A DNA stretch of 64,000 nucleotides, taken from the NCBI GenBank assembly GCA_963825865.1, contig CAWGVG010000036.1, forward strand, positions 121,778 through 185,777. The letters run 5' to 3'. Below, piece by piece: positions 10,416-21,120 of the stretch. Under the pieces are notes generated by a model, which saw nothing but the letters and a program-made list of their open reading frames with translations, searched no databases and was not told the origin of the DNA. The position numbers and the translations under genes were made by a program. Numbering within the stretch: position 1 is the first letter of the stretch; each line of letters starts with the position of its first letter. This stretch comes from an uncultured Nitrososphaeraceae archaeon (lineage in GTDB: Archaea > Thermoproteota > Nitrososphaeria > Nitrososphaerales > Nitrososphaeraceae).

Positions 10416-10764
10416 ATGAAGAACAACGACACAACTTTAATAATGATTGCAGTAATAATGACGGCTACATTTATGGTGACAGCACTTGTATGGCAGCAGG
10501 CAGCGTGCGCAAGCCGAGATACAGTCGGAAAGTAGCTCAACATCATGTGTAGACAATCATCCGTGCCACATTTCAGTGTCGAATTCGACTGCACCTTCAT
10601 CATCATCATCAAAATCAAATCACAATAAAATCCGTAGCTCAATAACTTGTGTAAACGATCATCCATGCCACACTTCGGCGCTGAATTCAACTGAGAGCCT
10701 ATCTCAAAACTATCCGCCTATAGATAATGAGCTATCCGATTTAATCGGAGATACAACAAACTAA
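10416..10764 (+). CDS. Small secreted protein with two SSxxCVxxHPCHxSxxNST repeats (frameshift after the signal peptide)
   Basis: ATG 10416 MKNNDTTLIMIAVIMTATFMVTALV; ORF 10486-10764 contains CVDNHPCH and CVNDHPCH. Confidence 0.65.
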
Positions 10765-11356
10765 AAATACTAATGCAAGGTAGTTTTCCTACTTCTTTCT
10801 CATATCTTATAAATCGTTTTTAATCTGTTGTGTCTTAAGGTTGTTCTTTCTATAACAGTATTATTATATGATATTTTTGGATTTGTTCCGCTTTTCTATT
10901 GGTAGATGCAATTTTCTTCTTCTTCTTTGATTGGAGGATTTTTCTATACCTTCGTATTCTCGACCCTGCAAAGCTACATTTTTTTGTATATATTGCTAAC
11001 TGTAACCAAATTCGTCTTTCTTTTGTCAGAGAAAATATATTTAACTAGAGAATCGACAAAATCTTCGAATCCTGGTGCTGTCATTAAGTGAAATAATGTA
11101 GTTTACATCTTATTAAATAACTTCAGTGCGTGATTATCATATCATCATCATCATCATCGAATATGTGTTCTTTTTTATAGTTATGATAACTCAACTTTGC
11201 AATGTCGAATGATATGGCTTGTTTCATATTCCAAGGGAATGGGTCTTCTGCTTGCTCTTTTTTCCTATTATGATTTCTTGTGGGGTGTAGTGGATGAAAA
11301 GGGCACTGTTATGTTATATATTTATTATTTAATTATAATCGAATAAATACTGTTTA

Positions 11357-11478
11357 TAGATAAATGAAAAATTTCACGTCATTTGATATCAACAATAATT
11401 ATGCTAAATAATTCAGCAGTAACAAATAGCATTAACTTCCTCAAGTCAAATATAGAGATGGCCTTGTATTGGGAATAT
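11357..11478 (+). promoter_or_regulatory. Conserved upstream element of the CTHP family, copy 5
   Basis: AATTTCACGTCATTTGATATC…ATGCTA…AGCATTAACTTCCTCAAGTCAAATATAGAGATG. Confidence 0.75.
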
Positions 11479-12047
11479 ATGGACAACACGAGAATTCTAG
11501 CAATGTTAGCTATCTTAATGGCAGCAACACTAGTAGTAGGAGGAACATTAGCGCAGCAACAACAACAACACCATCAGCATTTGCTTATCAGAAGAAGAAA
11601 GGATCACAAGACGGTAGTGAAAACGGTAACACAGTTACCCCCCAGAATAACAAACAAGACGGGATAGTGAGTGGATTTGATAACTCATTCAACCAAGAAC
11701 TTCAAAACCTGATATGTACCCATCCAAGCGCGACCTGTTCAACTGAAGGCAGTGAAGGCGCTGCGACTACAGCCAGCGGCAGCACTAGCAACACAGGCAG
11801 CACTAGCAACACAGGCAGCACTAGCAACACAGGCAGCACTAGCAACACAGGCAGCACTAGCAACACAGGCAGCACTAGCAACACAGGCAGCACTAGCAAC
11901 ACAGGGAGCACTAGCAACGCTCAACAAGGATCACAAGGACTTAAAGAAAATACAGGTTCTCACGGATCACAAAGGAGCTCATGTACTGTAGGAGGTTCTT
12001 TTACTGATCTGGTACAGACAATCTGCATTCCAACGCTTAAGCCGTAA
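11479..12047 (+). CDS. Secreted CTHP-family protein, copy 5, with a GSTSNT repeat tail (one frameshift near 11550)
   Basis: MDNTRILAMLAILMAATLVVGG… then PSAFAYQKKKG…NGNTVTPQNNKQDGIVSGFDNSFNQELQNLICTHPSATC. Confidence 0.8.
11778..11921 (+). repeat. 18-bp tandem repeat x8 (GGCAGCACTAGCAACACA) encoding GSTSNT
   Basis: Seven perfect units plus one variant unit. Confidence 0.95.
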
Positions 12048-13149
12048 TTCTTATGAGCCAGAAATAATGGCTCTTACCTATTTTTTACAATGAAGTAATA
12101 GAATGAGTTTATGAATCTTTTTTGTATTTTATTGGATTCTTTTTAAGTTAAAGTTTCTACAACTGTAAAAAACTACTTAGCTTGAAATATATGGAAATAT
12201 AAGATTTTCAAGCAATCAGCTACCTATGATATCAAATATATGTATGATATTGATAAAATCGTTAAAAGATAGCTATAGATCTATTATTGTTAGTATTAAC
12301 AAGAAACACCTAATAGGTAATTTGTGTTGCTAGTTCTGATCTCCACTAGTAGTGTTGCTGGTAGCGGTCTGCGAAATGACAATAGGCAGGGGTCCGCATT
12401 GGTTCATCTCAAAAACCCCTCTTGCCTATTGGTTTTAGTTCGCATCTTAAAAAATCACAAAAGAATGTTTGCTTGTTTTTACTTAGTGTCCCCACACTGT
12501 CTAACATTGTTTGACATTCTATCCAAGATTTATCACCCATACTCTACATATACACACGAATTTTGCAGATATGAGCAAAAGGATAAGGCCAAAAGCTAGG
12601 ATTCATTTATTTTGTATGACTTCGGTTTCTTTGCCTTTACAAATTCCTTTGTCGATAGCGTTGACCCTCTATAGCAGCTTTTCTTCAGTTGTGCAGTTTG
12701 GTGTAACAATGTATTTTATAAGAAGTAATTTTTTACATGTATCGGAAGGGTGTTAAGACAAATCCTCTGCTGCTAAATATATTTAATGTACAAGAGAGCT
12801 TCTTAACATAAAAGAAAGAATATGCTCATCCAAATGAGTATATGCTGTTACAGTTTCATTAACAAGTCGATATCATGCCGGCAGATGAAAAACAAAAAAG
12901 ACGAATGGAATCCCAATTTTGTATCAAGAACAAAGACGATGAATGCCTTAGTTGACGATATCAAAAAAAACAAATAGTTTTTTTTACAGATAGTATAGCA
13001 GTGCAGCAAAAAAGAAGAAGCATATACAGCATTTTCGCCATCGTCGAAAACGTATTAATAGATAACAATAATTTTATTTATAAAAAAAGAGGTTAGATGT
13101 TGGTACCAAAAAACATCATCTTATTTGGAATTACGATTCGCCTATGCAT

Positions 13150-13862
13150 TCACACAGATAGAGATGTCATTCGTTCTGTTTAAGTGAGCCACTATCCTTA
13201 CACATTTTGCTTGTCGCCTTCTTGTGATTGGCTTGTTGGTTTATTACAGCTTGACGGGATTTGCAGACTCTTAGCTGTCCGGGAGGGTAGACGCTAACCT
13301 TGCTGACTTGATTGAGCCTAGTCTCTCGCAAGATTGATTATGGCACTATATCTTCAGACTGTGGCTCCAAGACCTCAAAAGCGTTGGCTGAGGGACTCCG
13401 CACTATCTAACGATCATAGATACTCGATACAAGAGAGCAGTCGAAGAGATGGAGATATACCACCGGATGGATGTAACATTTAGCATGGCAGTCACTGGGA
13501 CTTAGGAGGAGCAAATTATCTAGGAACGTGCGACAACCTCACAGAGGAGTTGACATCCTCACTAAAGCAAAGTCCCTATGGCTTCAGGCTTTGATTAAGA
13601 TAGAGACGGCGAGGGGCTCTCCTTGCGCTATGCCTTCACTTGGCGTCCGCTGACGGCCTACTTGATTTCCCTTACCCAACAAAGTGGGAAATACTAGAAT
13701 TTGCTCCTTTTAAGTCAATTTACCCTGATCGAATTTTGAGGACATATACGGAGATGATGACTATTAGGCTAGCCTCGTCTAATCAGATTCAGCTGCATAA
13801 AGGAACGCCTACGACAGGGGGCGACTATACATTGAACTCGTAAGGCCTGGGATTCTGGCCTG
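13150..13862 (+). ncRNA. Candidate large structured non-coding RNA (~700 nt), class unknown
   Basis: GC-enriched and lacks a convincing ORF. Nested helices 13213-13225/13814-13825, 13230-13254/13789-13809, 13351-13361/13438-13447 and 13499-13517/13698-13716 (19 bp, 2 G-U), plus many local hairpins. Confidence 0.6.
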
Positions 13863-13887
13863 AAGTTGGGTTTGCACCTCCTTGCGT

Positions 13888-14135
13888 TGCTCAAGTCGTC
13901 AGGTGGACAAAGAAGATGTGTGCTGGCAAGAGATAGACGTGGCCTTCTGGCAGGATAATCGCTCGAGCTGTCTCAGCAACTCTGATGGAACAGGGAATTG
14001 ACGTTTACGATATTGGCGTGGCACCAATCCTATGGCGTTTCGGAGGCAAGAAAAAATACGAAGCTGGTTGATTGTGACAGCCTCTCATAATCCTCTTGAA
14101 TGGAATGGATTAAAGTTCATAGTCGAGGGAAGGGA
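13888..14135 (+). pseudogene. Decayed, diverged copy of the phosphomannomutase 5' region (homologous to ~16113-16355)
   Basis: Translates with indels as RCVLARD…PSGRIIARAVSATLMEQGIDVYDIGVAP…YEAG.IVTASHNPLEWNGLKFIVEGR. Confidence 0.85.
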
Positions 14136-14448
14136 TAACAATCATACATAGCTGTAAGCTTTCAATTACGCAACAGGTCTATTGTTATCTGTGTCATTAT
14201 TATTACTACTAAGATAGTTTTCTCAATTGTCCTTAGCGAAGGTTAAGTGAATGTGCTTATTTTTAATACGAAATGTAAGCAAAATAATAAATATATAAAA
14301 GGCTCGAATAATTGCCATAAATGGTAAACAAACTTGTTAGCTTTGACGAGGACTTGGTACTGAAATCTGCCAACCTGCTTTATATCCTCTCAAAGAGAGA
14401 CAATTTAGCCATTTTCATATCTGCAAACAATTCCCATACTAGTAATAA

Positions 14449-14715
14449 TCAGAATAATAATGATAATGATAATGGTCTTAAAGCAGAGGTATCAACACCG
14501 CTAGTTGATGGTCTGTTTGTTTTATTTACCTTGTCTACTTCAAAGTCTGTCAGATCGTTGTAAATATAAACTGCCAGGCTTAAAAAATAACTTGCTATCA
14601 CTGCATTTGCTGCTGTAAACACATTGATATTTCCTTGCGAACTAAGGATTATTGCTATTAATGTTGCAAAAGGAAAACAATAGACAGGAGCTGTTCTTGC
14701 CTTTACGTAGTACAT
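14449..14715 (-). pseudogene. UbiA-family prenyltransferase N-terminal fragment
   Basis: YIYNDLTDFEVDKVNKTNRP (NDxxDxxxD motif) after transmembrane helices; only 88 aa. Confidence 0.7.
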
Positions 14716-15303
14716 AAAGATTCTAAAGTATTCATATAATGATTCACATTATTCTGATGGACGAAGTATGCTATAGCTATCTTTGTAGTTGTGTATTTAT
14801 TCATTTTTTTACAGTTTCTGCGACTCAGTATATATACTTGTCACCATTTTTGGTGACAATATCATTAAATGAATATTTTACATCACCGAATTATATTTTT
14901 TCTAAATAATTAAGAAGATTTACAATATAATACAGCCAGGGGCCTGTCGGCTTTTTGATTGTATGGATAAATATATGTATATATAGATGATCTGTTCAGA
15001 CGCGAAAGTTTTGAAGAATTTAACTTTTTAATTACTGCTTTTTCTGCATAGTTGATATATATATATGTATATGTATATGTATATGTATAGGCAGAGCAAT
15101 AATCCAATAACATAAAAACAAGAACCAGGAGCTTTTCTTCTAAAACTGACATGATTACGTGATTGAGATACATCATGATATTTCCAATCTATTCTATAAT
15201 TGTCTATAATTGGAAATAATTTCTAGTTTTCTCTATATTTAGTACTTTTAGTAAAAAATTAAATAGCTATGGTTAAATAAATTATATATCTTAATAAGAC
15301 GAT

Positions 15304-15798
15304 TTGCCCTTACGTATGGTATTTACAGTTGTTGACATTCTTAATGCACTTTCTGATAAAGAGGCGCTAAGTATTTTTAAAACCGTATCCCTTGGAAACG
15401 ATAATGTTACCAGTGACTTTCTTATGACTAAACTAAAGCTTACGAGAAAGCAATACTATTCAAAGATGATGGCTTTAACGAAAATTGGTTTGATAGGGAG
15501 AAGGAAGGGAAAATATTTTCTTACTTCATTGGGTAAAGTGATTTGCCATTTTATAATTAAGTTTGAAGACGCTCTCAACAATTACTGGAAACTAAAGGCA
15601 ATTGATTCGATTCAACTGTCTTTTCCTGACCATTACGTATCAAAAGAAGAATTTGATAAAATAGTCGGTAATTTAATAGATGACCGTAAAATTGTAGATA
15701 TTTTGCTTTCAGTAGAAGAAGAAAGCAACACTAAGCACCATGTTAGTGGTTTGCCCGGAATTGGAAAAACTACACTAGAAAAAAAACATCTGCAATGA
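15304..15798 (+). CDS. Winged-helix transcriptional regulator-like protein
   Basis: DILNALSDKEALSIF…KLTRKQYYSKMMAL…GLIGRRKGKYFLTSLG. Confidence 0.7.
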   Translation: MPLRMVFTVVDILNALSDKEALSIFKTVSLGNDNVTSDFLMTKLKLTRKQYYSKMMALTKIGLIGRRKGKYFLTSLGKVICHFIIKFEDALNNYWKLKAIDSIQLSFPDHYVSKEEFDKIVGNLIDDRKIVDILLSVEEESNTKHHVSGLPGIGKTTLEKKHLQ

Positions 15799-16004
15799 TT
15801 GTGTGGCTTTTTTAGGGAAACATATCGACAATAAAGTTAAGGCCACCAATAAGGGTAAGGGAATGCGTCACGTTTATCTATATCTTTATATTATATTTTA
15901 TATATCTATATATATATATATATATATATATTATATGGCTTTACTTTTAAAAATTAGCACAGAATTAAATATCGCTCATATTTTATTCTGTTGTCGTAAT
16001 ATAG

Positions 16005-17349
16005 ATGAAGGTATCAATCTCTGGTATTAGGGGTATTTATGGTCATGATCTTAATTTACATGAAATTAGTAAATTTACCAGATTATTTGCTTCTTCTTTT
16101 TTTTTCTTCTTCTATAACCAAGTCAGGCAGGACAAGATGCGTGCTGGCAAGAGATACGCGACCTTCAGGCCGGATTATCGCTCAAACTGTTTCAGCAAAT
16201 TTGATGGAACAGGGAATTAATGTTTACAATCTTGACGTTGCACCAACTCCTATGGTGTTTCGAGAAGCAAGAAAATACGAAGCTGGTCTTATTGTGACAG
16301 CCTCGCATAATCCTCTGGAATGGAATGGATTAAAATTCATAATTGAAGGAAGAGGAATCTTTGAAAATGAACTGACTCTAATGCTAAAAGGAACTACACC
16401 TAAGGTACCTAATGACAAATTTGGCGAATCATTTGATATTGTTTCAGAATATGTCAACGAAGTTGTTGATTTGGTATCACAGGAGGAACAATTTGGCAAT
16501 GCTGTAAAAGTAGGATTTGACCCAGCAGGAGGAGCTGCCTGTGGCTATTCTGACCAGCTATTTAAAAAGCTTGGACACAAATTTTACTCAGTCAATGACA
16601 TCCGTGGTATTTCTTCAAGAAGTCCCGATCCTACTGTAGATGACCTAACTGAATTACGGGTGATGGTAGCAGCAAATCAGCTAGACTTTGGCTTTGCGTT
16701 TGATTTGGATGGCGATAGGCTTGTAGTAGTTAACAACAAGGGCGAAAAGTTGAGTCCTGATGCCACACTTTTGATCTGTGTTGCCAGCGCCCTTAACCTC
16801 CTTCGAATGAAAAAATTTGTAACAAGCATAGATACTAGCTTATCGGTTGAAAAGTTCGTAGTGCAGCATGGGGGTAAGTTCGATTATTCTAAAGTTGGCG
16901 AAGCAAACGTTGTCAACAAAATGTTACAAGTTAATGCTGATGCGGGAGGCGAGGGAAGCAGTGCTGGTTTTATTATGCCAAAGTTCAATAAATGCAGAGA
17001 TGGATTTTTAGCAAGTGCAATCATATCTTCATTGGATAGGAAAATAATAGATGAATGTCTAACATTTGCTTCCCAATACGTTCAGATTAGATCAAAAGTG
17101 CCTGCTGATTCTATTCTTCATGGCAAAGTGATCGAGAAATTAAACGATCTTTTTACAAGAGAATCATCGCAGGTTTTGACAATTGATGGTGTGAAAGCTA
17201 TTATAGATGATGATTCATGGGTACTTGTAAGACCTTCAAACACTGAGCATGCTATTCGGATTTCTGTTGAATCAACAAAAGACAAGGCGCAATCATTGTA
17301 CAAAGAAATGATTGAAAAGGTTCAAGTAGTATATGACCAAGTTAAATGA
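16005..17349 (+). CDS. Phosphomannomutase/phosphoglucomutase (frameshift at a poly-T tract near 16100)
   Basis: SISGIRG, TASHNP, FDLDGDR, GGEGS, VRPSNTE. Confidence 0.92.
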
Positions 17350-18402
17350 AAAGGAAATTATTGATCTTTTTATCTCTAAACTTGGGATAAATAAAATAGT
17401 AGAATTTGAAAAAGATGATGTCGCTATACTGTCATTGAAAAAGATAAAGAAGATTTCTGCTGCTGCTCCTGCTACCTCCAACCACCACCACCACCACCCC
17501 TGCTGCTATTGGTGCTACTACTCCAAATCTTATTCTCAAATGCGATATGCTTGTTGAAAGTACCTGATGTACCTCCTGGAATGCGACCGTGGCAAATTGC
17601 AAGAAAAAGTATAGTATCCTGCATCAGCGATTTGTCAGCAAAAGGCATCAAGCCACCGTATATATCTCTAATTTCAATAGGGATTCCGAAAAAATATTCT
17701 AAAGCTGAAATTGTTGATCTGGCAAATGGTTTTCAACTGGCTTCTAAAGAATTTGAGGTCAAAATTGTAGGAGGCGATACTAACAAATCTAAAGAATTGA
17801 TAATTGATTGTAATGTAGTTGGAATTTCAGATGAGGATGGCGGCGACTCGAATATTCCAAAAAGAAAAGGCGCAAGACCCGGAGATGTAGTGATCTGTTC
17901 AGGAGAATTTGGCTATTCGTCTTCGGGCCTGAAGATCCTAATTGGCAATGCAAAGGCTAAAGGAGAATTTAAAAAGAAAGCTATTTTATCTGTAATAAAA
18001 CCAAAACCACAACAAAAGTTTGGAATATCTCTTGCAAAATATTTTTCCTCTTCTATTGATTCAAGTGATGGTCTTGCCATTTCGCTTTATGAATTGGCAA
18101 AACAGAGTAAAGTTAACTTTATCATAGATATTGTGCCATCAGCAAATGGTGTCAAAGATTTTGCCAAAGATAATCATCTGAAGACTAAAGACCTGATTTT
18201 CTATGGAGGAGAAGAATACGAAATAGTAGCAACTATTCCGCAAGTATATTTGAAAAAAGCAGAAGCGTTAGCCAGAAAATTAAAATTGAAACTACATATT
18301 ATTGGAAAAGTAGAGAAAGGAAATGGCAAGGTAATTGCCATAAATGAGAATGGAAGATACTCGCTTCTCGATGACCGTGGCTACACTCACTTCGGTAGAT
18401 AG
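17333..18402 (+). CDS. thiL: Thiamine-phosphate kinase (frameshifted)
   Basis: EKEIID…DDVA, KCDMLVEST, SDLSAKG, IVGGDT, IDSSDGL, GGEEYEIV. Confidence 0.9.
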
Positions 18403-18652
18403 ACCAGAAAAGGAGATGGGTTGCGTTGTATTTCTCTATATCTGAAATTTTAGGACAAAAAATCATCGTGTATATTGATTTATGTAATTTTACTGCTAAT
18501 GCTTTCTTGGCCTAGAGTTAGCGAAACCCTCTCTACTAAACCCTGGGAATTAACCAACCATATTTTAATTATCTTGTCTCTACTCTTATTTCTTAAAAAT
18601 TTAGTATAAAACATTAATATATAAAATGGATTATAACTATAACGCTATATTT

Positions 18653-19060
18653 ATGTCACAAACAGATGATATCACTCAGTACAAATGGGGAGTAGCCCAC
18701 ATATTTAGTAGTTATAATAACACGCTCGTCCATGTTACAGATGTTAGCGGTGCTGAAACAATTTCATTTAGTTCTGGTGGAAGACATGTTACGGCAGACA
18801 GGTACGAATCTTCTCCATATGCTGCAATGAAATCTGCAGTTGCAGCAGCTGATGGTGCCAAAACTAAAGGAATCAATGCTCTTCACATACGCGTAAGAGC
18901 CGTTGGTGGCGTGGGTTCAAGAATTCCTGGCCCAGGGGCTCAGGCTGCAATTAGAGCTTTGGCTAGAGCTGGCTTTCGAATTGGTAGAATTGATGATGTT
19001 ACCCCAATTCCTCATGATACCACTAGAAAGCCTGGAGGAAGAAGAGGAAGAAGAGTATGA
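18653..19060 (+). CDS. rps11: 30S ribosomal protein S11
   Basis: [13 protein letters not shown]…SSPYAAM…[14 protein letters not shown]…DVTPIPHD. Confidence 0.97.
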   Translation: MSQTDDITQYKWGVAHIFSSYNNTLVHVTDVSGAETISFSSGGRHVTADRYESSPYAAMKSAVAAADGAKTKGINALHIRVRAVGGVGSRIPGPGAQAAIRALARAGFRIGRIDDVTPIPHDTTRKPGGRRGRRV

Positions 19061-19342
19061 CATCATCATTATCATCATCATTGTTGTTGTTTTTCTTTCT
19101 TCATCCCACATATGCACATTAATGGATTTGTGGGTACATCATTATCCCTCTTCCCCACCTCACACATTTCTAAGGAAACGTTTTGTTTGCTTCAATTCAC
19201 CGTCTTGCAAAATCTGTTTGTTCCTGATACTTGTCCTTTACCTTGTCATAAGGTGGCGTGATTTTGATTTGATTATAATCTCTTTATATTTATATATATA
19301 TATACAGTAAAAAACTCTACAAAATTAAGCTTTTAATAATTT

Positions 19343-20711
19343 TTACGTCTTCATTTGGCCAGCGATCGTTCTGAGATCCCAAATCGATTTTTTAGTAGTA
19401 GCAAAATTATTACCTTCGCTATTATTGTTATGCGCATTTGATGCAATTCCACCTTCAATCAATTGATTTACAACCAGGGCAGCCATAGGTAAGGCTCCAG
19501 TAGCCCCTGGTGAGTTATAATTGAGAAGATGTAATGAACTATCTTTTTTGATAATGAATGTATCAGAGACGAATCTTCCATACTTATCAAGTAGTGAGGA
19601 TCTAATCCCAGAGGTTCCCCTTTGAGTAAACAAGGAGGGTTTCAGTTGTGGCAAAAATTCCCTTGCTCTATTTATCATGGCATTTTTGGAAAGCGAACTT
19701 TTTAATTCGTTGCTGGCCAGGGATAAAAATTGTCTATTTGTTAGAATTTTGCGAATACCAGTTCGCGACGATTCAAAAACCTTGGGTATGAAGTATCTTA
19801 GATTGTTGCTCCAACTATATGCATAAGGCCCAAATACAGGAACTGCATTTGGGCCTACCTCACATCTTCCATCAATGCGAACTACCCAATGCGGATCTAA
19901 GAAAGGGTATTCCGGATATTTTGGAACAGCGTAAATACTTAATTTTGTCAGATCATTGTATTCTGCTGGAGCCTGCCAATATTCACCCCTAAAGTGGAGA
20001 TCTGTATATTCATTTGCTACGCCCATACTATGGGCAATGTCAACTGCATTACCTCCAGCTGCATTAATTACATATTCTGCAGAAATTTCTTCTCCATTGT
20101 TTGTATAAAGAAATATGCAATTATTTTTGCAGAAGATTTTTCTTACTTTGCTACCGGTAATTATGGTACAACCAAATTGTTTTGCATCTTCAAAAAGTTG
20201 CTTAGTAATTGCTCCATATATTACAGATCCATCCTTTAGACAGTAAATAGCAGATAAGCATTTTACATTTGGCTCGATCTTTAGGACCTCATCTTTTTCT
20301 AAAAATTTTAGTTCACTCTTCTGCAAGCCATTAGAATAACCCCATTCAATATATTTCTGAAGTACATCTATTCCTTTATCATAGGTTGCAATTTCTAATA
20401 CCCCGTCCTGTTTAAAAGGTAATGATTTTAGGGTGCAATACTCCTTTAACATATCAAAACCGAGAAAGGCTCGCTTTTGCGAAAAGTCTTTTTTTAATCG
20501 GATCATATAGAAAAGGAGCATGGACTTTGCCTGTGTTTCTAGTGCTTGTATGAAATGCAACATCGTGTTCCTGCTCAATGAGTAAGACTTTAGAGTTAGA
20601 AGCAGAGGAGAGAAAGTATGCTATCGAAGTGCCTAAAATCCCTCCTCCAATAATCGCGATATTATAAGGATCTTGCAATTTCAAGTTTTGTTTTCTCTCT
20701 TCCTCTTCCAT
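19343..20711 (-). CDS. FAD-dependent oxidoreductase, L-2-hydroxyglutarate oxidase-like (frameshifted)
   Basis: IIGGGILG…HTSTRNTGKVHA; INAAG, FRGEY, GPNA, GIR, SPGATG. Confidence 0.85.
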
Positions 20712-21120
20712 CTGTAATTGGAAGAATTTGATACTTTTACTCATCGGAGCAACAACATTTAATGTTTTATTTGGCTCTGGATTTGTTATTAATTGTAGGA
20801 ATTCCACAAAGCTGAACAAAAGTTCGTTTTTATTGACTTATCGAGATAAACTACGTTAACTCTTGTTGTTGCTATCGTTGTTGTTGTTGCTGTTGCCTAA
20901 CACAAAACCTCTCCATTTTTACATATTGTCTTGTTAATTGTAAACTTTATTAAAGACTCTATTTTCTTCTTTTTTCAATTAGCTAAAGAATCACCTAATA
21001 TCAATCATTCATTGCTAGAAATCGAATCTTGCTTTTTAATCTGTAAACTATGGCATTATATTATGGCGAATAAATTAAATGCAAGGTTGCGTAGAGCTCT
21101 AATTAGGTAGCCATAGATCT

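Noticed and set aside
11778-11921. Tandem repeat as a CRISPR array
   Set aside because: The 18-bp units are head-to-tail with no spacers, lie in frame within a CDS, and there are no cas genes.
11702-11991. ORFs with LVLPVL, ACVASA or ALATQA repeats
   Set aside because: These are alternative-frame readings of the GSTSNT minisatellite.
13351-13447. CAGACTG…AAGAGAGCAGTCG as the P7 core of a group I intron
   Set aside because: The helix continues outward (TCTTC/GAAGA), the conserved J6/7 and J8/7 adenines are out of register, and I found no P4-P6 signature or interrupted host gene. A covariance-model search would settle it.
13388-13830. Structured RNA as RNase P RNA or a group II intron
   Set aside because: GAGGGACTCCGCAC and ACAGGGGGCGAC only loosely resemble the RNase P conserved regions and do not form P4. 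GTGCG occurs internally, but no domain V sequence is visible on either strand.
13915-14135. pmm duplicate as a diversity-generating retroelement template/variable repeat pair
   Set aside because: Differences are not adenine-specific, fall mainly at third codon positions and include indels. No reverse transcriptase is present in the window.
15050-15935. (AT)n and (GTATAT)n tracts and the ORFs spanning them (14910-15176, 15803-16030)
   Set aside because: Simple-sequence repeats produce spurious Tyr/Ile/Thr-rich ORFs.
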